Part shown: piece by piece, positions 45,234-47,728 of the stretch
Layout: each line of letters starts with the position of its first letter
Position numbering within the stretch: the stretch's first letter is position 1
Virus record (IMG/VR): IMGVR_UViG_3300030043_000013
Coordinates: 1 to 47,728 of that record
DNA length: 47,728 bases
Source: a virus
Lineage: Duplodnaviria > Caudoviricetes
Strand: one strand, 5' to 3'
Position numbers and translations under genes: made by a program
The notes under the pieces: model-generated
Databases searched by the model: none
What the model was told of the DNA's origin: nothing
What the model saw: only the letters and a program-made list of their open reading frames with translations

Positions 45234-45782
45234 TTATTTTCCTTCCGGGCGTTTCCAATCGTCTTGGATTCGCATCGAGGCTTCGACCGCTTTCTTGATT
45301 TTCATAGAGTTTGCTCCACCAGAAAAACTATCGCACTGGCAAATCAACTCTCCGCACCATGCAGGTGCCGCTATGTTGCAGGTGTCGCAATAGGCAAAAA
45401 CAAATTCATCGCTATCAAAACTGGGGTCGAATCTCCACACTTGTCCCATATCATTTTTAGGTGGACCAATCAAGAAGAACACGGACTGTTCTGTTTCCGC
45501 GCTCAGTCTTGTCACTTTTGCGGTTTCTTCCATAGTAGGCGCAGTCGGTTTTACTTCTGCCCACACATTCAGTTTTGGGAGAAAGAAATCCGGTCGATAG
45601 GATAGAGATGGGCTTCCGTATCCATTGGGTTTGTATTGGCCTGAAAACTTGAAGCCTTCTGGCTCGTAATCAAATTCGATACCCAAAGTCGTAAAGAAAG
45701 CCGCCCAGCGCGCCTCCAATTTCGACCTGTATTTGATTCCGTTGTATGTTGTGGGTGAGCCGTATTTTGTCATATTAGGCAT
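45234..45782 (-). CDS. PD-(D/E)XK nuclease
   Basis: YRSKLEARWAAFF..YEPEGF..YRPDF..EVKP. Confidence 0.8.
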   Translation of the reverse strand: MPNMTKYGSPTTYNGIKYRSKLEARWAAFFTTLGIEFDYEPEGFKFSGQYKPNGYGSPSLSYRPDFFLPKLNVWAEVKPTAPTMEETAKVTRLSAETEQSVFFLIGPPKNDMGQVWRFDPSFDSDEFVFAYCDTCNIAAPAWCGELICQCDSFSGGANSMKIKKAVEASMRIQDDWKRPEGK

Positions 45783-46161
45783 TCTTTGCGCTCCGAAGGT
45801 CTGTGTATTCCCGCGCTAGGGTCAAAATGCGTTCAGGTACCTCGCTGGAAGGGGTGATAATCGCCGCCATTGCCATCTTGTCAGCGATTTCAAGGGGGTC
45901 TTGGCCCGAAGTGCCTAGCGGCTGCTGAAAACTCACCTCCGCGCCCCGGGACGCCGCCATTGCGCATAGCCACGCCAAGGATGCATTTAGGCGGACGAAG
46001 TCAACACCTTGGACATGCTCGATGTTCCCGAAGCGAATCACGTCTTCTGCATTCAGGTTAGAGATAAACCCGGTGATGTTGAGCCCCAGGCTTTCACAGG
46101 CGGTCACAAGTGCGGCGATATGCGGGCCAAGTTTGCGAGCGAATTCATTTTGGTCTGGCAT
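45775..46161 (-). CDS. Hypothetical protein
   Basis: ATG 46161 after GGAGG. Confidence 0.55.
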   Translation of the reverse strand: MPDQNEFARKLGPHIAALVTACESLGLNITGFISNLNAEDVIRFGNIEHVQGVDFVRLNASLAWLCAMAASRGAEVSFQQPLGTSGQDPLEIADKMAMAAIITPSSEVPERILTLAREYTDLRSAKNA

Positions 46162-46171
46162 TGTCCCTCCA

Positions 46172-47173
46172 TTATACCACGGAAGCGGTTCTTTTCGCAA
46201 GCCGCATTTTGGCCTTGCGTTCCTTCTCCTCTTCCTTCGTCAGCTTTTTCTCGGCCCGCTTGTTAAAAGTCTTCAGCTTCGACGCGTCCGCCATCCGCTT
46301 GGTGACAGCCTTGAACTGCCCTTGCAAATCCTTGGCAGCCAAATAGCATTGAAAGTCCTGTTCCCACTCACGTTCGTACCACGCTTCGAAAAGTTTGCCC
46401 TTCTCCGCGTCTTTGGACAGGCGCAGAATCCAACGAGATTCGATGCGGAGTGTGGAGTCTTCCTCATGCAGAGCGAATAAATAGGCCGCCGTTTGCAAAA
46501 GATAATCCACGCTCAGTTGGTTGCTTGATTTCCAGTCAATCAGCGAAAGTTCATCTTGAAAAATAGATGGGCAGCATTTTGGGTCGTCGCACGAATCCAC
46601 AAGCGCGGTGCCGTCCGCCGTTCCGGCGTATCCGTACTTGCGAGAGTAAATCGGGCGTTCCGTCGTCAGAAATCGCACGTTATGTTTCTTCATCCAGTCA
46701 AGAGCCCCCAGTCCGCAATTTACCGCGCGCTCGTCCGTGGGAGCCATCACGTCCAAATCGTCTACGATGCCATCGTTATGCTGGATGGCGTGCTTGATGG
46801 AGTTTTCAATCCACTTGTGCGCCAGCCCGCCAACGTCTCCCGCATCTTCTAGCTTTTCCTTGTGCGCGCCCTTTGCTTTCTGGGCAAGAGCGTCGAAGTC
46901 TCCCCACGGAATAGAGTCCGTGAAAACGTGGCCTTCCGCATCCTCGGTGCGCGGCATTGTGCGCAGCAGGGCGAGATATCCCATCTTCGCTGCCCAAGGT
47001 ACAAGATACAAACTTTTGTCGATGACATGCAGCACGGACGTGACGCCCGCCAATGGCGCGAGCCCGCCATCTACGTGGCGATACCAAGTCCAGTTGGCGC
47101 GGTCGAACTGAAGCGTTTCGGTGCCATTGTAAAATTTGATTGGTTCTTCTAGCTCCATCTCTTTTTTAGCCAT
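46172..47173 (-). CDS. PD-(D/E)XK (RecB/Cas4-like) exonuclease
   Basis: GVTSVL, YAGTAD, IDWKSS, LQTAAY. Confidence 0.85.
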   Translation of the reverse strand: MAKKEMELEEPIKFYNGTETLQFDRANWTWYRHVDGGLAPLAGVTSVLHVIDKSLYLVPWAAKMGYLALLRTMPRTEDAEGHVFTDSIPWGDFDALAQKAKGAHKEKLEDAGDVGGLAHKWIENSIKHAIQHNDGIVDDLDVMAPTDERAVNCGLGALDWMKKHNVRFLTTERPIYSRKYGYAGTADGTALVDSCDDPKCCPSIFQDELSLIDWKSSNQLSVDYLLQTAAYLFALHEEDSTLRIESRWILRLSKDAEKGKLFEAWYEREWEQDFQCYLAAKDLQGQFKAVTKRMADASKLKTFNKRAEKKLTKEEEKERKAKMRLAKRTASVV

Positions 47174-47583
47174 TAGGAAATAGTCTCCCCAAGTCGAGTC
47201 TTACACAAAAGTCTGTCTCTCAGTTTTTCTTTTGGCATGGGCGGTTGCCAATAAGTATCTGGCGCGCGCCAGCCCAATTCGCTCAATAAACCCTCAATTT
47301 CTAAGTGCGCGTCTTCCTTGCTATCGCCAAATTCTTCGATTAAATCTTCAAAAGTCGGAAGGATGGTTCGTTTTCCTTCTTCTTTTAGACGCGCTTGCAA
47401 CTGCGCGATATATCCGATTTGTTCGTTAGACGCAGAACCAACAAACGGGTGCGGCCATCCTTTCTTTTTGTAAAAATCGCTACCAGAAAAATCAGCAGAC
47501 ATCGCTGCAAAAATTTTGATTTCCCTCCAAATTTTTTCTACTATTTCCATTCTTCTTCCTACCTCAACGCAGTGTTCGCACAT
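47173..47583 (-). CDS. Hypothetical protein
   Basis: 136-aa ORF with GGAGG RBS. Confidence 0.55.
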   Translation of the reverse strand: MCEHCVEVGRRMEIVEKIWREIKIFAAMSADFSGSDFYKKKGWPHPFVGSASNEQIGYIAQLQARLKEEGKRTILPTFEDLIEEFGDSKEDAHLEIEGLLSELGWRAPDTYWQPPMPKEKLRDRLLCKTRLGETIS

Positions 47584-47728
47584 ATTAAAATAGGCCTCCC
47601 TGTGTCGGCTCGACGGGCCGCGTTCTTGTGCCAGCTTCGTTCTGCAATCGTACGATATCTTCGACGCTCAGGTCCAGACGCAAGAACGAGCCCGGCATGC
47701 CTGTGAACGAGATGCGCAAATAATCCTT

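Overview
A 47.7 kb segment of a tailed dsDNA phage genome, almost entirely encoded on the minus strand. Reading right to left it holds: a replication/recombination module (PD-(D/E)XK nucleases, DUF1376-like protein, primase-helicase); accessory genes (retropepsin-like protease, SLT, ClpB-type AAA+ domain, GH108 lysin, SleB-like protein, trypsin-like protease); a short plus-strand operon (tyrosine recombinase, two PRTase-like genes) behind a duplicated promoter/RBS; a 30-gene tRNA array covering all 20 amino acids; and the head module (SGNH/LamG fibre, large terminase, portal, scaffold, major capsid). The capsid gene is split by a 712-nt group I intron carrying a LAGLIDADG endonuclease. The most striking observation is three non-autonomous IS1595-type cassettes with shared terminal inverted repeats, perfect 8-bp target duplications and unrelated cargo genes. 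All three are inserted in the same orientation with the target duplication exactly 3 nt upstream of a sigma70 -35 box, which suggests promoter-anchored gene-cassette delivery. Also notable: several unexplained structured ncRNA candidates, atypical tRNAs, a Pth2-like gene, and a membrane-protein gene with an in-frame amber codon. All calls were made by eye from the sequence and remembered family motifs; no database searches or folding programs were run.
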